A DNA stretch of 48,484 nucleotides from a virus (IMGVR_UViG_3300037515_000269:1-48484); one strand, 5' to 3'. Counted from the stretch's first letter, positions 26,071 through 35,427 are shown. Made by a program: numbers and translations. The notes: generated by a model from the sequence alone, not told the origin.

Positions 26071-27399
26071 GTGGCGAAAGTGCTCTTTGGGGCTCCCATC
26101 TACAGCGATACCGGCGTGCTGTACACCCCCGTGTTGAGTGGCGGCAGTTGGGAAGCGGCCTTGCCGCTGGCCAACCTGAAGGACAGGCGTTTGTCCCGCG
26201 TGGCCCGCTCGACGGATGCCGCGATCACGTCCACCAAGATCCTCATCGACCTCGGCGTGGCCCGGCCGGTCCGGCTCGTCGGACTCCCGAAGCACACGCT
26301 GAGCAGTGCCGCGCAGTGGCGGGTCCGGGGATCGAGTGCCGTGCTGACGAACGTGGCGGCGAACCCGCAGGCGCCGAATAGCTGGACCAGTGCTGGGACG
26401 CCGGTCATTACGACCGGCCAGACGGACCCCTGGGGGGGGACGGCGGCGATTCTCGTGGAAGATGACGACGGGGCGGCCAATGAGGGGAAGTCCTCGGTCT
26501 GCTCGTTTACGGGTGACGGGACCAAGGTCGTGGTTGTTGTGATGCGGGAGGGCACGGCCGCCACGGTGCGCGTGCGCGTGCTCGATTCCACGGTGACCGC
26601 CACGCGGCATCAAGTGCTAGTGACGTGGAATGGTGGCACCACGGCCCCCACGCTGGCCACGGGCCCGGAGGGCGGAACAGGCACCATCTTCTCGGCGACC
26701 CCTCTCTATGACCCGGATGGTGCCCTGTGGTGGGCCATCTCGTTCTCAGCCGAGAACGTGGTCGCCGCCAACACCAACCTGTTGCGGATTGATGCTGGTT
26801 CCAATGTGGCCGGCACCGGCACCTTCTACCTCGCGGGCGGCGAAGCGTTCAATCTCACCGGCACGGAATTCCTGTACGATGCCGGCGGCCCGGTCTGGCC
26901 CTCCGGACTGGACGCGGAAGATGTCGAGGGGATCAACCTCGGCGCCGTCCAGGTCTTCGATACCGTGACCGCCCGGTACTGGCAGATCGAGCTGGGCGAC
27001 CCGACAAACGCCGCGGGCTACGTGGACGTCGGTCGTCTCGCGATCTGTGGCGGCTGGCAGCCGACGTTCAACCTGTCCTACGGGGCCAAGCTCGGCCTCG
27101 AGACGGAGACCGGCCGGCAGCTCACCGATGGCGGGGCCGCGCTCTACACCGAGCGGCCCACCCGGCGGACCCTCGTCGGCGTGCTGGAGGATCTGCCGGA
27201 AGACGACGCGCTCGCCAACGGCTTCGATATGCAGCGCATCGCCGGCATCAGCCGCCAGCTCTACGTGGTGATGGACCCGGACGACACCACGCATCTGCAC
27301 CGCCGGTCGTTCCTGGCGACGTGGAAAGAGCTGTCGGGGTTCACGCACAGCCACTTGGCCCGCATCGGGCTTCCCGTGAGTCTCGTGGAGGAGCTGTAG
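26071..27399 (+). CDS. Minor tail protein with carbohydrate-binding-like insertion
   Basis: LPLANL...SRVARS, ARYWQIE..DP.N..GYVDVGRL, WQP..NLSYGA; central beta insert. Confidence 0.65.
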   Translation: MAKVLFGAPIYSDTGVLYTPVLSGGSWEAALPLANLKDRRLSRVARSTDAAITSTKILIDLGVARPVRLVGLPKHTLSSAAQWRVRGSSAVLTNVAANPQAPNSWTSAGTPVITTGQTDPWGGTAAILVEDDDGAANEGKSSVCSFTGDGTKVVVVVMREGTAATVRVRVLDSTVTATRHQVLVTWNGGTTAPTLATGPEGGTGTIFSATPLYDPDGALWWAISFSAENVVAANTNLLRIDAGSNVAGTGTFYLAGGEAFNLTGTEFLYDAGGPVWPSGLDAEDVEGINLGAVQVFDTVTARYWQIELGDPTNAAGYVDVGRLAICGGWQPTFNLSYGAKLGLETETGRQLTDGGAALYTERPTRRTLVGVLEDLPEDDALANGFDMQRIAGISRQLYVVMDPDDTTHLHRRSFLATWKELSGFTHSHLARIGLPVSLVEEL

Positions 27400-27777
27400 A
27401 TGACGCTTTCCTTGTCCGGCATCGTGCGCGGCGTCCGGGATCAGTGGATCGCCTCCCTGATTGTCGTGACGGCCCTCGGGGCGGGCTGGACGGCCCGCGG
27501 CCACCTCGGCAAACAGATCATGTTGCCGTTCACCAACGCGGAGACGTTGGGGCGCCTCGTCCCGCGCGTGGACAGCGCGGTGGGCCGGGTGAGCGCGGTC
27601 GAAGCGCGGCAGGCGGTCACGGAGGCGCGCGTCTCGGGGACCGATGCCGTGCTCTCCCGCATTGACCGCAAGCTCGATTCTGCCCTCGCCGGGATCGCGC
27701 AGGTGAAACTCGAAGCCTGCCTGGACCGCGCGGTGACTGCCGAGGAGCGGCGCCGCTGCGCACGGGGGGGATCATGA
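27400..27777 (+). CDS. Membrane-anchored coiled-coil protein
   Basis: One N-terminal hydrophobic helix, coiled coil, terminal Cys pair. Confidence 0.6.
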   Translation: MTLSLSGIVRGVRDQWIASLIVVTALGAGWTARGHLGKQIMLPFTNAETLGRLVPRVDSAVGRVSAVEARQAVTEARVSGTDAVLSRIDRKLDSALAGIAQVKLEACLDRAVTAEERRRCARGGS

Positions 27778-28142
27778 GCCACTGGGGCGAAACGCTGGCC
27801 ACGGCCGCGCTGAAACGGTCGCCCGACATGCCGGCCCGCGTGGCCCGCATGAAAGGCCGGAACACGGTCGTGGGCATCGTGCTGCTGCTGTTCGGCGTGA
27901 TCGGGTTCGTGGCGGGGCTCGGGCTGCTCGTGCTCCCGCCGATCCTGCTCCGGGAGCAGCCCGGCGCGTGGCTCGTCGCGGTCGGGGGACTGGTGGTGGT
28001 CTTGGGCTTCGTGCTCGCGCTCTTCGGGGCGCGGGCGATCAGTGACGACGTGATCGAGGCGGACGACGCGCCGCGGACCATCACGGCAATCGGGCGGGCT
28101 ATCGGGCTCGCGCGCGGGAAGATCACCAACGGAGGAGCCTGA
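27774..28142 (+). CDS. Two-TM membrane protein (holin candidate)
   Basis: Two long hydrophobic segments. Confidence 0.5.
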   Translation: MSHWGETLATAALKRSPDMPARVARMKGRNTVVGIVLLLFGVIGFVAGLGLLVLPPILLREQPGAWLVAVGGLVVVLGFVLALFGARAISDDVIEADDAPRTITAIGRAIGLARGKITNGGA

Positions 28143-28145
28143 ATC

Positions 28146-28376
28146 ATGCGGATCGAGATCGTAGCCAACAAGCTGAGCGACACCGACGCCGAGACCGGGC
28201 AGGCTTATCGGCTCGGCAAGGGGGATGTCGTGACCGTGCCCGATGCCTACGGGGCGAAGCTCTGCGCCCGGGGATGGGCAACAGACGTCGAGGGGAAGGT
28301 GGCCTCGGCGCCGTTCACGCCGGGTGCGGCGAAACTCACCGTCCAGAAGGCGGCCGTGGCCGCGAAGGGGGCGTGA
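28146..28376 (+). CDS. Hypothetical protein
   Basis: SD ggagg; 76-aa ORF. Confidence 0.6.
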   Translation: MRIEIVANKLSDTDAETGQAYRLGKGDVVTVPDAYGAKLCARGWATDVEGKVASAPFTPGAAKLTVQKAAVAAKGA

Positions 28377-28379
28377 CCC

Positions 28380-28757
28380 ATGTGTGCCAAGTGGCTCGAT
28401 GACACGACCCTGGAACTCATCCTCGGCCTGATCGACAACGGGGATCGGGTGGGGGTGTGCTCCGGGCAGCCGGCGAATTTCGCCGGGATCGCGGCGGTCC
28501 TGCTGGCGGAAGTCGTGGTGACAGCCGGCGCCGGTGGGGGAGACTGGACGCTCGCGGATGGCGATGTGAGCGGGCGGAAGCTGACGCTCGCGCAGCAGGC
28601 CGACATCCCGATCGACGTCTCGGGGACGGCGACGCACATCACCGTGGACAATGGCACGACGCTGCTCGCGGTGACCACGTGCACGTCGCAGGCGCTGACG
28701 GATACCGGGACCGTGACGATCCCGGCGCATGACTGGGAAGTGGCCGATCCTTCGTAG
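28380..28757 (+). CDS. Putative virion structural protein
   Basis: GDVSGRKLT, SGTATH, VTIPA..EV.DP beta-rich pattern. Confidence 0.55.
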   Translation: MCAKWLDDTTLELILGLIDNGDRVGVCSGQPANFAGIAAVLLAEVVVTAGAGGGDWTLADGDVSGRKLTLAQQADIPIDVSGTATHITVDNGTTLLAVTTCTSQALTDTGTVTIPAHDWEVADPS

Positions 28758-28766
28758 GAGGGCAGC

Positions 28767-29051
28767 ATGGAGACCAATCCGTGGATCGCGGCACTGGCCG
28801 CAATCGTGGTGACCCTGCTCGTGCAGGGAGCGAAGGCGATCGCGCCGTGGGTCGCGGCGGCCCCCGACTGGGTCAAGATGGTGGTCGGGGCGCTCGCGGC
28901 CGGGGTGGTTACGCTGGGTCGGGCCGTCACCGGCCAGGCGCTCGGCGATGATCCGATGGCGTGGGACGCGGGCGCGTGGCAGATGCTCATGACGTGGGTC
29001 CTCGCGATGGGGGTGCACGTGTTCGCGAAGAAACTCGGAGGTGTGGTATGA
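28767..29051 (+). CDS. Three-TM holin-like protein
   Basis: 94 aa, three hydrophobic helices, basic C-terminus; SD ggagg. Confidence 0.55.
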   Translation: METNPWIAALAAIVVTLLVQGAKAIAPWVAAAPDWVKMVVGALAAGVVTLGRAVTGQALGDDPMAWDAGAWQMLMTWVLAMGVHVFAKKLGGVV

Positions 29052-29674
29052 AGGGGCTCCTGCTGCTCGGGCTCGTGCTCGCCCTCACCGCCTGTCCCTC
29101 GGCAAGCGGGGACAACGGTCCGCCACACGGCGTCACGGCCTCCGTCCTCCAGGCGGGGGACTCCGTGCGGATCGTGATCCGGTGGGCGCCGGCCACGGTG
29201 GGCCAGCGGCAGGCACCCATCGCCGGCTATGACACGCGGCTCCGCCAAGGGGCGAGCGCGATCCTCGCCACGGGCACGACGCCCGCTGGGCAGCGAGTGG
29301 ATACCCTGCGTCTTGTGACGCCACCGCTCGGGGTTACCATCGGGAATCTCGTCGCGGAAGTGCGGACGCGGGACACCCTCGGCCTGACGAGTTCCTGGAC
29401 TGCCTCATCGGTGTTCAGCTTCACCGTGACTCCACTCCCACCCAATCGTCCCGATAGCGTCCAGGCCGATACCAGCATCATCAACCAACTGGCGGGACTC
29501 TATATCCGTCCTGCCATCGTGGACGTGCCTCCCGGGGGCACGCAACAATTCTGCGCGATCGGCCTGCTGTGGAACGGGGCCAGTGGGATCCTCGGCTATG
29601 AGCGGCTGACCTCTGAGGGCCAACGCATCTGTCAGGAGGCCTACACGCGCTGGCTCACGGAGCGGAGTAGCTGA
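29048..29674 (+). CDS. Lipoprotein with FN3/Ig-like domain
   Basis: MKGLLLLGLVLALTAC lipobox; W..., PIAGY, VRTRD..G..S.W pattern. Confidence 0.6.
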   Translation: MKGLLLLGLVLALTACPSASGDNGPPHGVTASVLQAGDSVRIVIRWAPATVGQRQAPIAGYDTRLRQGASAILATGTTPAGQRVDTLRLVTPPLGVTIGNLVAEVRTRDTLGLTSSWTASSVFSFTVTPLPPNRPDSVQADTSIINQLAGLYIRPAIVDVPPGGTQQFCAIGLLWNGASGILGYERLTSEGQRICQEAYTRWLTERSS

Positions 29675-29717
29675 TGGCGGGCGCAACGGGTGTTCCCGGC
29701 GCCGGCGGGGGGTTGAC

Positions 29718-30140
29718 ATGGACCTGACCGCGCTTAAGACGGAGCTGACGACCGACCCGGCGGGGCTGGGCTACGCGGCCCTGGTCGCGTCAGGCCACAC
29801 GGCCGGGCTGGCCGATCTCCTCAACGCGCCGAACGCCGCCATCCGCGTGAACCGGGGCGTCATCGAGGCGTACCGGATCGTCAACGCCATCGTGCCCGGA
29901 GACTGGGCGGCGCTCACGGCCGCGCAGAAACAGAGTCTCCAACTCATCATCTCGGCCGGGCAGGTCGACGTATCGGACGTGAACGTGCGGCAGGCGTTCG
30001 TGGATGCGTTCGGGGCCGGGACGGCGACGCGCGCGGCGCTCGTGGGCTTGGCCACGCGAGACGGCAGCCGCGCCGAGCAGGTACTCGGGCAACCCGTGAG
30101 TCACTTGGACGTAGCGCGCGCGCTGCGAGAGGAGGGTTAG
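29718..30140 (+). CDS. Hypothetical phage protein
   Basis: LKTELTTDPAGLGY...SRAEQVLG; high-GC codon pattern. Confidence 0.65.
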   Translation: MDLTALKTELTTDPAGLGYAALVASGHTAGLADLLNAPNAAIRVNRGVIEAYRIVNAIVPGDWAALTAAQKQSLQLIISAGQVDVSDVNVRQAFVDAFGAGTATRAALVGLATRDGSRAEQVLGQPVSHLDVARALREEG

Positions 30141-30144
30141 TCCC

Positions 30145-30708
30145 GTGGCTAACGAGGTCCTGCTGAAAACCGGAACCCAGCTTTCCTTCGCGGATCACGC
30201 GGGGGATTTCTCCCCGGCGGCCGGGTCAAGCCTCGAACAGGGAACGCCGACCGACGTGCAGTTGTCGCTCGCCTCGGTGGCCGACAACGCCGCGCGCCAG
30301 TCGGCCAAGTTCGACCTCGGGGCGACGCGGGCGGGCTACTACCACATCATCGCGGCCATCGAGTTCGCGGCGACGCCCGTGGCGGGCGACATTGTCGAGT
30401 TTTACATCGCGTGGAGTCCCGACGCCACGGCGGCGAACGGGAACCCCGGCGGCGTGAGCGGGAGCGATGCCGCCTACGCCGGCTACTCGTCCAACCTCGA
30501 CGCCTCGCTCAAGCAGCTCGATCCCGTCGGGACGATGGTTGTGACGGCGCAAGCCACGACGACCGTACAGGTCGGCCTCGTGGGGGGCTTCTATCCCAAG
30601 GAACGCTACGGGACGCTCGTCGTGGTGAACCAGGCCGGGGCCGCCGTGCACTCGGACGATGTCGAGTGCCACGTGGTCTTCGATCCGATCGTGGACGAGA
30701 TCCAGTAG
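30145..30708 (+). CDS. Putative virion structural protein
   Basis: SD gaggagg; beta-rich 187 aa. Confidence 0.6.
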   Translation: MANEVLLKTGTQLSFADHAGDFSPAAGSSLEQGTPTDVQLSLASVADNAARQSAKFDLGATRAGYYHIIAAIEFAATPVAGDIVEFYIAWSPDATAANGNPGGVSGSDAAYAGYSSNLDASLKQLDPVGTMVVTAQATTTVQVGLVGGFYPKERYGTLVVVNQAGAAVHSDDVECHVVFDPIVDEIQ

Positions 30709-30717
30709 GGGTAGGCC

Positions 30718-32367
30718 GTGTTGATCCTCACCCCGCCGTCCGTCCGTCCCCGGTGGCCGGTGACTGCCCGTAGTCTCCGGCTCATCGCGGCTTCTACCCA
30801 ATATCTGAGCCGCACGGCAGTACAGGCGAACAACACCGCGACGGTGTTGGCTGGCTGGGTGCGGATTGCCAGCTATCCTGCATCTGGCTATGCCATGATT
30901 GCGGGGCTGTCCCGAGCCTTCACTGGGGCCGCGTTGCAGATCAACACGACTGGTCAACTGAGTCTCCGCGACTACAACACCGAGGGGGTCACGGCGGGCT
31001 CCACCCTCGCCCTCGATCGATGGTATTACCTATGGTTCCGGGTGCCCCTGGGTCTTGGGACCAGCAGCGTCTATCTCGATGGCAATGTCGTGCCCGATGC
31101 CTCACGCACCGTTACGTACGCCAGCGGCTCAAATCCTCTCTTGCGACTCGGCGCGCGCTACAACGCGCCGACCAGCCCCTTTGATGGCTGGTTTGCGCGG
31201 TGGCGCATGTGGGCGGCCGATATCTCCGCCAGCCAGGTGCGTGTCGAGCGGTATGCGCTGCGAGCGATGCAGCGCGCGTCGCTCGTCGGGGATTGGTGGA
31301 TGGATGGTTCGCCCGACGTGTACGACCATGGCGGTGCCGGCCGGACTCTGAGCGTCACCGGCGGCCCACTGTCCCCGTCTGGGGTGATACTCGGCGAGTT
31401 CCGTCCGGCCCGCCGGGTGGTGGTCCGGGTCACGGCGGGCGGGGCCGTGCAGCTCGTGGTCCAGAACGCCAGTGTCGGCATCGCGGCCGAGGGTCCTGCG
31501 CTCGTCCAAAAAGCCCTGCTCACGGTGGCCGATGCCGGCGTCGGCATCACGGCCGAGAGTCCGAGCCTCCTGCCCAAGCACACTCTCGTTGCGGCCGACG
31601 CGGCGATAGCGATCACCGCCGACAGCCCCGCCCTCACGCAAGCCAACCTGCTGGCCGTGGCCGACGCCGACGTGGCGATCACGGCCGACACGGTGGCGCT
31701 CACCCAGCAGGCCCTGCTCACGGTCGCGGATGCGCTGATCGCCATCGCCGCGGACAGTCCAAGTCTCGCGCAGAAGAACCTCCTTGCGGTTGCCGATAGC
31801 ACGGTCGGGATCGACGCCGAGAACATCACGCTCTCGAATGCGACCCTCTTGGTGGTGGCGGATGCGCTCGTGGCGATCGCGGCCGAGGCGCCCGCGTTGG
31901 CGCAGAAGAACCTGCTCGCGATCCAGGACGCGTTGGTGGCCATCGGCGCCGAAGCGCCGAGCCTCACCCAGGCCAACGTCCTCGCGGTCCAGGGTGCCGA
32001 CGTCGCGATCACGGTGGACCCGATCACGCTCTCGAACGCCATCCTCCTGGCGGTGGCGGATACCGCGGTGGCGATCACCGTGGACGGGATCGCGCTCAGT
32101 CCGGCCAACACCCTCGCGGTGCAGGATGCTCTGCTCGCGATCACGGCCGACAGTCCCGGCCTCGTGCAGGCCAACGTCCTCGCGGTCAACGATGCACTGG
32201 TGGCCGTGACGGTGGGTGGGTTGGTGCTCGTGCTGCCGGCCGAGGCCACCACGGGGAAGTACGCGCCGGAGCATGCCGCGGCGCTCGCGGCTCTCGGGGA
32301 AGCCCGGAGCTTCGCGGCCGATCATGCCGGCGCGTTCCGGGATATCGGCGCCGCGGGGTCCGGATGA
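30718..32367 (+). CDS. Fibre-like protein: LamG/ConA-like domain plus 12 x 22-aa repeats
   Basis: GWVR, LDRWYY, VYLDG, LRLGA, FDG..RMW pattern, then tandem repeats. Confidence 0.7.
   Translation: MLILTPPSVRPRWPVTARSLRLIAASTQYLSRTAVQANNTATVLAGWVRIASYPASGYAMIAGLSRAFTGAALQINTTGQLSLRDYNTEGVTAGSTLALDRWYYLWFRVPLGLGTSSVYLDGNVVPDASRTVTYASGSNPLLRLGARYNAPTSPFDGWFARWRMWAADISASQVRVERYALRAMQRASLVGDWWMDGSPDVYDHGGAGRTLSVTGGPLSPSGVILGEFRPARRVVVRVTAGGAVQLVVQNASVGIAAEGPALVQKALLTVADAGVGITAESPSLLPKHTLVAADAAIAITADSPALTQANLLAVADADVAITADTVALTQQALLTVADALIAIAADSPSLAQKNLLAVADSTVGIDAENITLSNATLLVVADALVAIAAEAPALAQKNLLAIQDALVAIGAEAPSLTQANVLAVQGADVAITVDPITLSNAILLAVADTAVAITVDGIALSPANTLAVQDALLAITADSPGLVQANVLAVNDALVAVTVGGLVLVLPAEATTGKYAPEHAAALAALGEARSFAADHAGAFRDIGAAGSG
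31450..32241 (+). repeat. Twelve degenerate 66-bp coding tandem repeats
   Basis: Consensus LLAVADA.VAITADSPAL.Q.N with exact 22-aa period. Confidence 0.85.
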
Positions 32368-32855
32368 TTACCCTCGCCGTCCCCTCCCCGCATTCCGCGC
32401 CACGCGTGACCCCGGTCCGCCGGATCGTGCTGCACGCCATGGGGGAGTACGTGCGCGCCGATCAGTGGACCCGCCACTGCACGCACGTCCTGGAGTCCCT
32501 CGGCGTCTCGGCCCACGCGATCGTGCTGCCGGACGGCCGGCTCCTCAGCTGTGTGCCATCAGAGCGGATCGCCCACCACGCCAAGGGGCACAACCTCGAT
32601 AGCGTGGGGATCGAGTTCGCCGTGCCGGGGGTGTGGGACTACGCCGGGTTTCTCACGCGGATCAAGCTGCCGTGGGTGACCGACGCGGCGCTTGAGACGG
32701 GCATCGAGTGGGTGACCGAGCAGTGCCGCCGGTACGCCCTGGGGACTGCGGCGATCACGACGCACGCCCGGCTCGACCCGGGCCGGAAGCAGGACCCGGG
32801 GACCGGGTTCCCGTTCGAGGACGTCCTGATCGGGGTGACCCGTGCCCTCGGCTAA
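32364..32855 (+). CDS. Endolysin, N-acetylmuramoyl-L-alanine amidase (Amidase_2)
   Basis: IVLH, SAHAIV..DG, AHHAKGHN..SVGIE, TH...PGRKQDPG. Confidence 0.9.
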   Translation: MITLAVPSPHSAPRVTPVRRIVLHAMGEYVRADQWTRHCTHVLESLGVSAHAIVLPDGRLLSCVPSERIAHHAKGHNLDSVGIEFAVPGVWDYAGFLTRIKLPWVTDAALETGIEWVTEQCRRYALGTAAITTHARLDPGRKQDPGTGFPFEDVLIGVTRALG

Positions 32856-32997
32856 TCCCCGGTGCCCGCAGTGTCAGACTCCCGGCATGGCGGACGTCGC
32901 CCAGGTCACGCAGTCGTCCACCGCGGTCACGTATCACTGCCCTGCCTGTCGGCACGAGTGGATGGTGCTGCACCTCCCACCGGTCCGGTGTCCATGA
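32842..32997 (+). CDS. 51-aa zinc-ribbon protein (not in ORF track)
   Basis: RCPQCQ...YHCPACRHEW; ATGA overlap with next gene. Confidence 0.5.
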   Translation: MPSANPRCPQCQTPGMADVAQVTQSSTAVTYHCPACRHEWMVLHLPPVRCP

Positions 32998-33626
32998 AAC
33001 GCGCGCTCGCCCAAGCCGCCGGACTGGTGGCCGCTGTCGCCCTGGTGGCCCTGTGGCTGCACTTCGTGCACGACCCGGGGGTCCGGCGCCGGGCTCAGCT
33101 CGCGGCGCAGGACGTGGTGGCGGACAGCCTCACGACGGTGTTCCGGGACTCGCTCGAGGCGGTGCGTGCTCGAGCGGCCGGGGATTCGGCCCGTGCGGTG
33201 GCGGACAGCGTGGAGCAGGCCCGGCTGGCGGCTGAGGCGGATTCCCTTCGCGCCTTGGTGCCGGGGGCCGAGGGGGAGACGGATGCCGCGGTGGCCGGGA
33301 TTCCCGATACCGCGGTGCAGCGCCTGGTCACGGAGGCTGTCGCCCGCGAGCGGTGGCTGGCCCGGCAGGCGGCGTGGACGGATAGCGTGCGCATCGCCCG
33401 GCTCACCGCCACGACCGACACCCTCCGGAGTGACCTCGCCGCGCGTACCCGGCTCCTCGCGCTCGCCCGGGCGGCCGTGGACTCCCTGGAATCCCAGCGG
33501 GATCAGTGGCGCGAGGAAGCCCACCGCGGCCGGTGGGGATTCGGGGTCAGCCTCGGGCCGAGTGTGGGGCCGCGCGGGTTCGAGTTGGCGACGCTGCAGG
33601 TTGGCGTGCAGTACCGGCTTCGCTGA
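32994..33626 (+). CDS. Spanin-like protein
   Basis: N-terminal TM, long coiled coil, C-terminal amphipathic beta strands; next to endolysin. Confidence 0.55.
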   Translation: MKRALAQAAGLVAAVALVALWLHFVHDPGVRRRAQLAAQDVVADSLTTVFRDSLEAVRARAAGDSARAVADSVEQARLAAEADSLRALVPGAEGETDAAVAGIPDTAVQRLVTEAVARERWLARQAAWTDSVRIARLTATTDTLRSDLAARTRLLALARAAVDSLESQRDQWREEAHRGRWGFGVSLGPSVGPRGFELATLQVGVQYRLR

Positions 33627-33914
33627 CGGCGGGGCACAGCGCGCAGCGCACGACCACATCCCAGCGCATGACCCCCGGGGCCACCCGAACACGGGTAGTC
33701 TCGGCACGCCAGGAGTGGCGGCAGACAGGGGCGAGGGTCGCGGGCATGGGTAGTGCATCGGTCGTTGGCCTAATTTCAAGCTACAAGGCTGGACGTAGCT
33801 AGGACAAGCCTATGGGGGTAGTCGGGTTAGGCTCTGCCGGTGCCTTGATTGTGGGGCAACCTCGGGCGTTCTAGGGCCTGCAACGTTCTGCACTCCGGCT
33901 GCAACTATTGGTAC

Positions 33915-33949
33915 TTGCGCTATCACGGCCTGCCCCTATCGTGGGGGCA
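33915..33949 (+). promoter_or_regulatory. Putative early promoter with overlapping inverted repeat
   Basis: TTGCGC, 16 nt, TATCGT; tgcccc...ggggca brackets the -10; AT-richer gap before early genes. Confidence 0.35.
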
Positions 33950-33989
33950 CACATCGGCACTCCCGCCGGGTGAGCACGGAGCCCCGACA

Positions 33990-34151
33990 ATGAAACTTCT
34001 CGCCCTCGCCCTCGTTGCCGCGCTGTCGTTCGGTTGCGCGTTCACGACTGGGCCATCGGCAGAATGCGACGTGGCTGAGAGAAGCGCGCCCACGACTGAT
34101 TCCACCGTGGTCGTGTCCACTGGCCTTTGCGTGACGGTGGTGCGCTGGTGA
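33990..34151 (+). CDS. Small lipoprotein (paralog of 2236-2406)
   Basis: MKLLALALVAALSFGC signal/lipobox. Confidence 0.65.
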   Translation: MKLLALALVAALSFGCAFTTGPSAECDVAERSAPTTDSTVVVSTGLCVTVVRW

Positions 34152-34339
34152 CCACGCCCCGCACGCAGACGGAATCCATCGCCCTGTTGCGGGCGGCGAT
34201 TGACCGAAGCGGACTGTCAGTCAACGAGTATGCCCGGACCGTGCTGGTCCGCGACCCGCGGACCTGTGCCCGGTGGTTGGCCGGTGAGATTCCCCTGCCC
34301 GCCGCCGTGCTGGACTTCCTGAGAGGGGACACCCCATGA
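34148..34339 (+). CDS. Cro/XRE-like HTH regulator
   Basis: SGLSVNEYARTVLVRDPRTCARWLAGE..P. Confidence 0.7.
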   Translation: MTTPRTQTESIALLRAAIDRSGLSVNEYARTVLVRDPRTCARWLAGEIPLPAAVLDFLRGDTP

Positions 34340-34470
34340 CGGTCGCCCTGGTGCGCCATCTCGTGGAGCAATACGCGTTGATCCGGGCCCGCGTGGTAAC
34401 CCCGCACAGCACGACGCTGGTGGTGGATCTCCCGTGGCTCGTGGCGCTCTCTCCCCCGCAGAGCAACTGA
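34336..34470 (+). CDS. Small hypothetical protein
   Basis: ATGA and TGATG coupling. Confidence 0.4.
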   Translation: MTVALVRHLVEQYALIRARVVTPHSTTLVVDLPWLVALSPPQSN

Positions 34471-34649
34471 TGGGCGCCCTCCTCTTCACGGCTGGCCTCC
34501 TCTGTGGGATGGCGCTCGTCGTGCTGGCCATTCTGGTGGGCGAGTGGCTCCGGCGGCTGTCGAGCCGATACCCGGTGGGGCCCGCGCGGTGGGATGACGC
34601 CGACCCGATGGAGACGGCGCCCACGCCGCGGCTGCGGGTGCTCCGATGA
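34470..34649 (+). CDS. Small membrane protein
   Basis: Single TM; coupled. Confidence 0.5.
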   Translation: MGALLFTAGLLCGMALVVLAILVGEWLRRLSSRYPVGPARWDDADPMETAPTPRLRVLR

Positions 34650-34762
34650 GGGCCCGGTCCTGGTGGCTGCTCGCGGCGCTCGGCTGGTCGGTGGTCTACG
34701 TCCTCACCCGGCCGCGGCGCTGTACGGTGGTGGACTGCGCGGGATGCCGGCAATGCCTGTAA
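34646..34762 (+). CDS. Small TM and Cys-rich peptide
   Basis: ATGA-coupled; ends CAGCRQCL. Confidence 0.35.
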   Translation: MRARSWWLLAALGWSVVYVLTRPRRCTVVDCAGCRQCL

Positions 34763-35319
34763 CGCGCATGCACCGCGGTATGGGCGCCGCCGTTCGGGAG
34801 GCCCTGCGGAAGCACCAAGCCGAGGAACTGGCGGCTGCGCGGCCGTGTCCCGGTTGCGGGAAGCCGCGGCGGGAAGACGTGCGGACGCGGCTCACGCTGG
34901 TTGCCGTCGGCCGGGTACAGGACGATCGCGATCTCGACCTGTGTGCATGCCAGCGGACGGTTGCCCAGGGATCTCCGGTCGAATGGACACGGGGGCCGGA
35001 GCCAAGCACGGTCGAGCTGGGCGTTGGCCGTCGCCGTCCCGCTGGTCGTCCCCTCGCCACCCGGTTCACGCTCCGCAGTCGGCCGCATCACCGCACCGAC
35101 GCCGAGAGTCTGGCCGTGGTCTACCAGGTCAAGGCGCAGCTCCGGGCGCAGGAGTCTCTGCACGACGTCGCGGAGCGTACCGAGTTCCACTCCTGCCGGA
35201 TGGAAGGCGGGGAGTGGCTCCAGCACATCGCGTTGTCCGGGCGGTGCGACCCCGCGGGGTGGCCGGTGCTCGGCCGGATGGTCGCACGGCACCCGGGCTG
35301 GGTGCTCAGCTGGGAGTAA
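34753..35319 (+). CDS. Hypothetical protein with CxxC
   Basis: PCPGCGKP...CAC; start uncertain. Confidence 0.5.
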   Translation: MPVTRMHRGMGAAVREALRKHQAEELAAARPCPGCGKPRREDVRTRLTLVAVGRVQDDRDLDLCACQRTVAQGSPVEWTRGPEPSTVELGVGRRRPAGRPLATRFTLRSRPHHRTDAESLAVVYQVKAQLRAQESLHDVAERTEFHSCRMEGGEWLQHIALSGRCDPAGWPVLGRMVARHPGWVLSWE

Positions 35320-35427
35320 CGAAGTCGCCCGGGCCCGCGCGTGAACGCGGGACACCGGGCGGGTGCCGGCCGGATCGAGCCCCGGCGCGACACCCCGAAG
35401 ATAGCAGGCTCAGGGAAGGATGTCAGG

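Noticed and set aside
31450-32241. 66-bp periodicity as a CRISPR array
   Set aside because: Degenerate in-frame protein repeats with no constant repeat/unique spacer structure and no cas genes.
33627-33990. tRNA or attP site in the control region
   Set aside because: No cloverleaf with a T-loop consensus was seen, and there is no integrase.
35325-35385. GC-rich hairpins upstream of the Gam-like gene
   Set aside because: No U tract or recognisable RNA motif; plausible by chance at this GC content.
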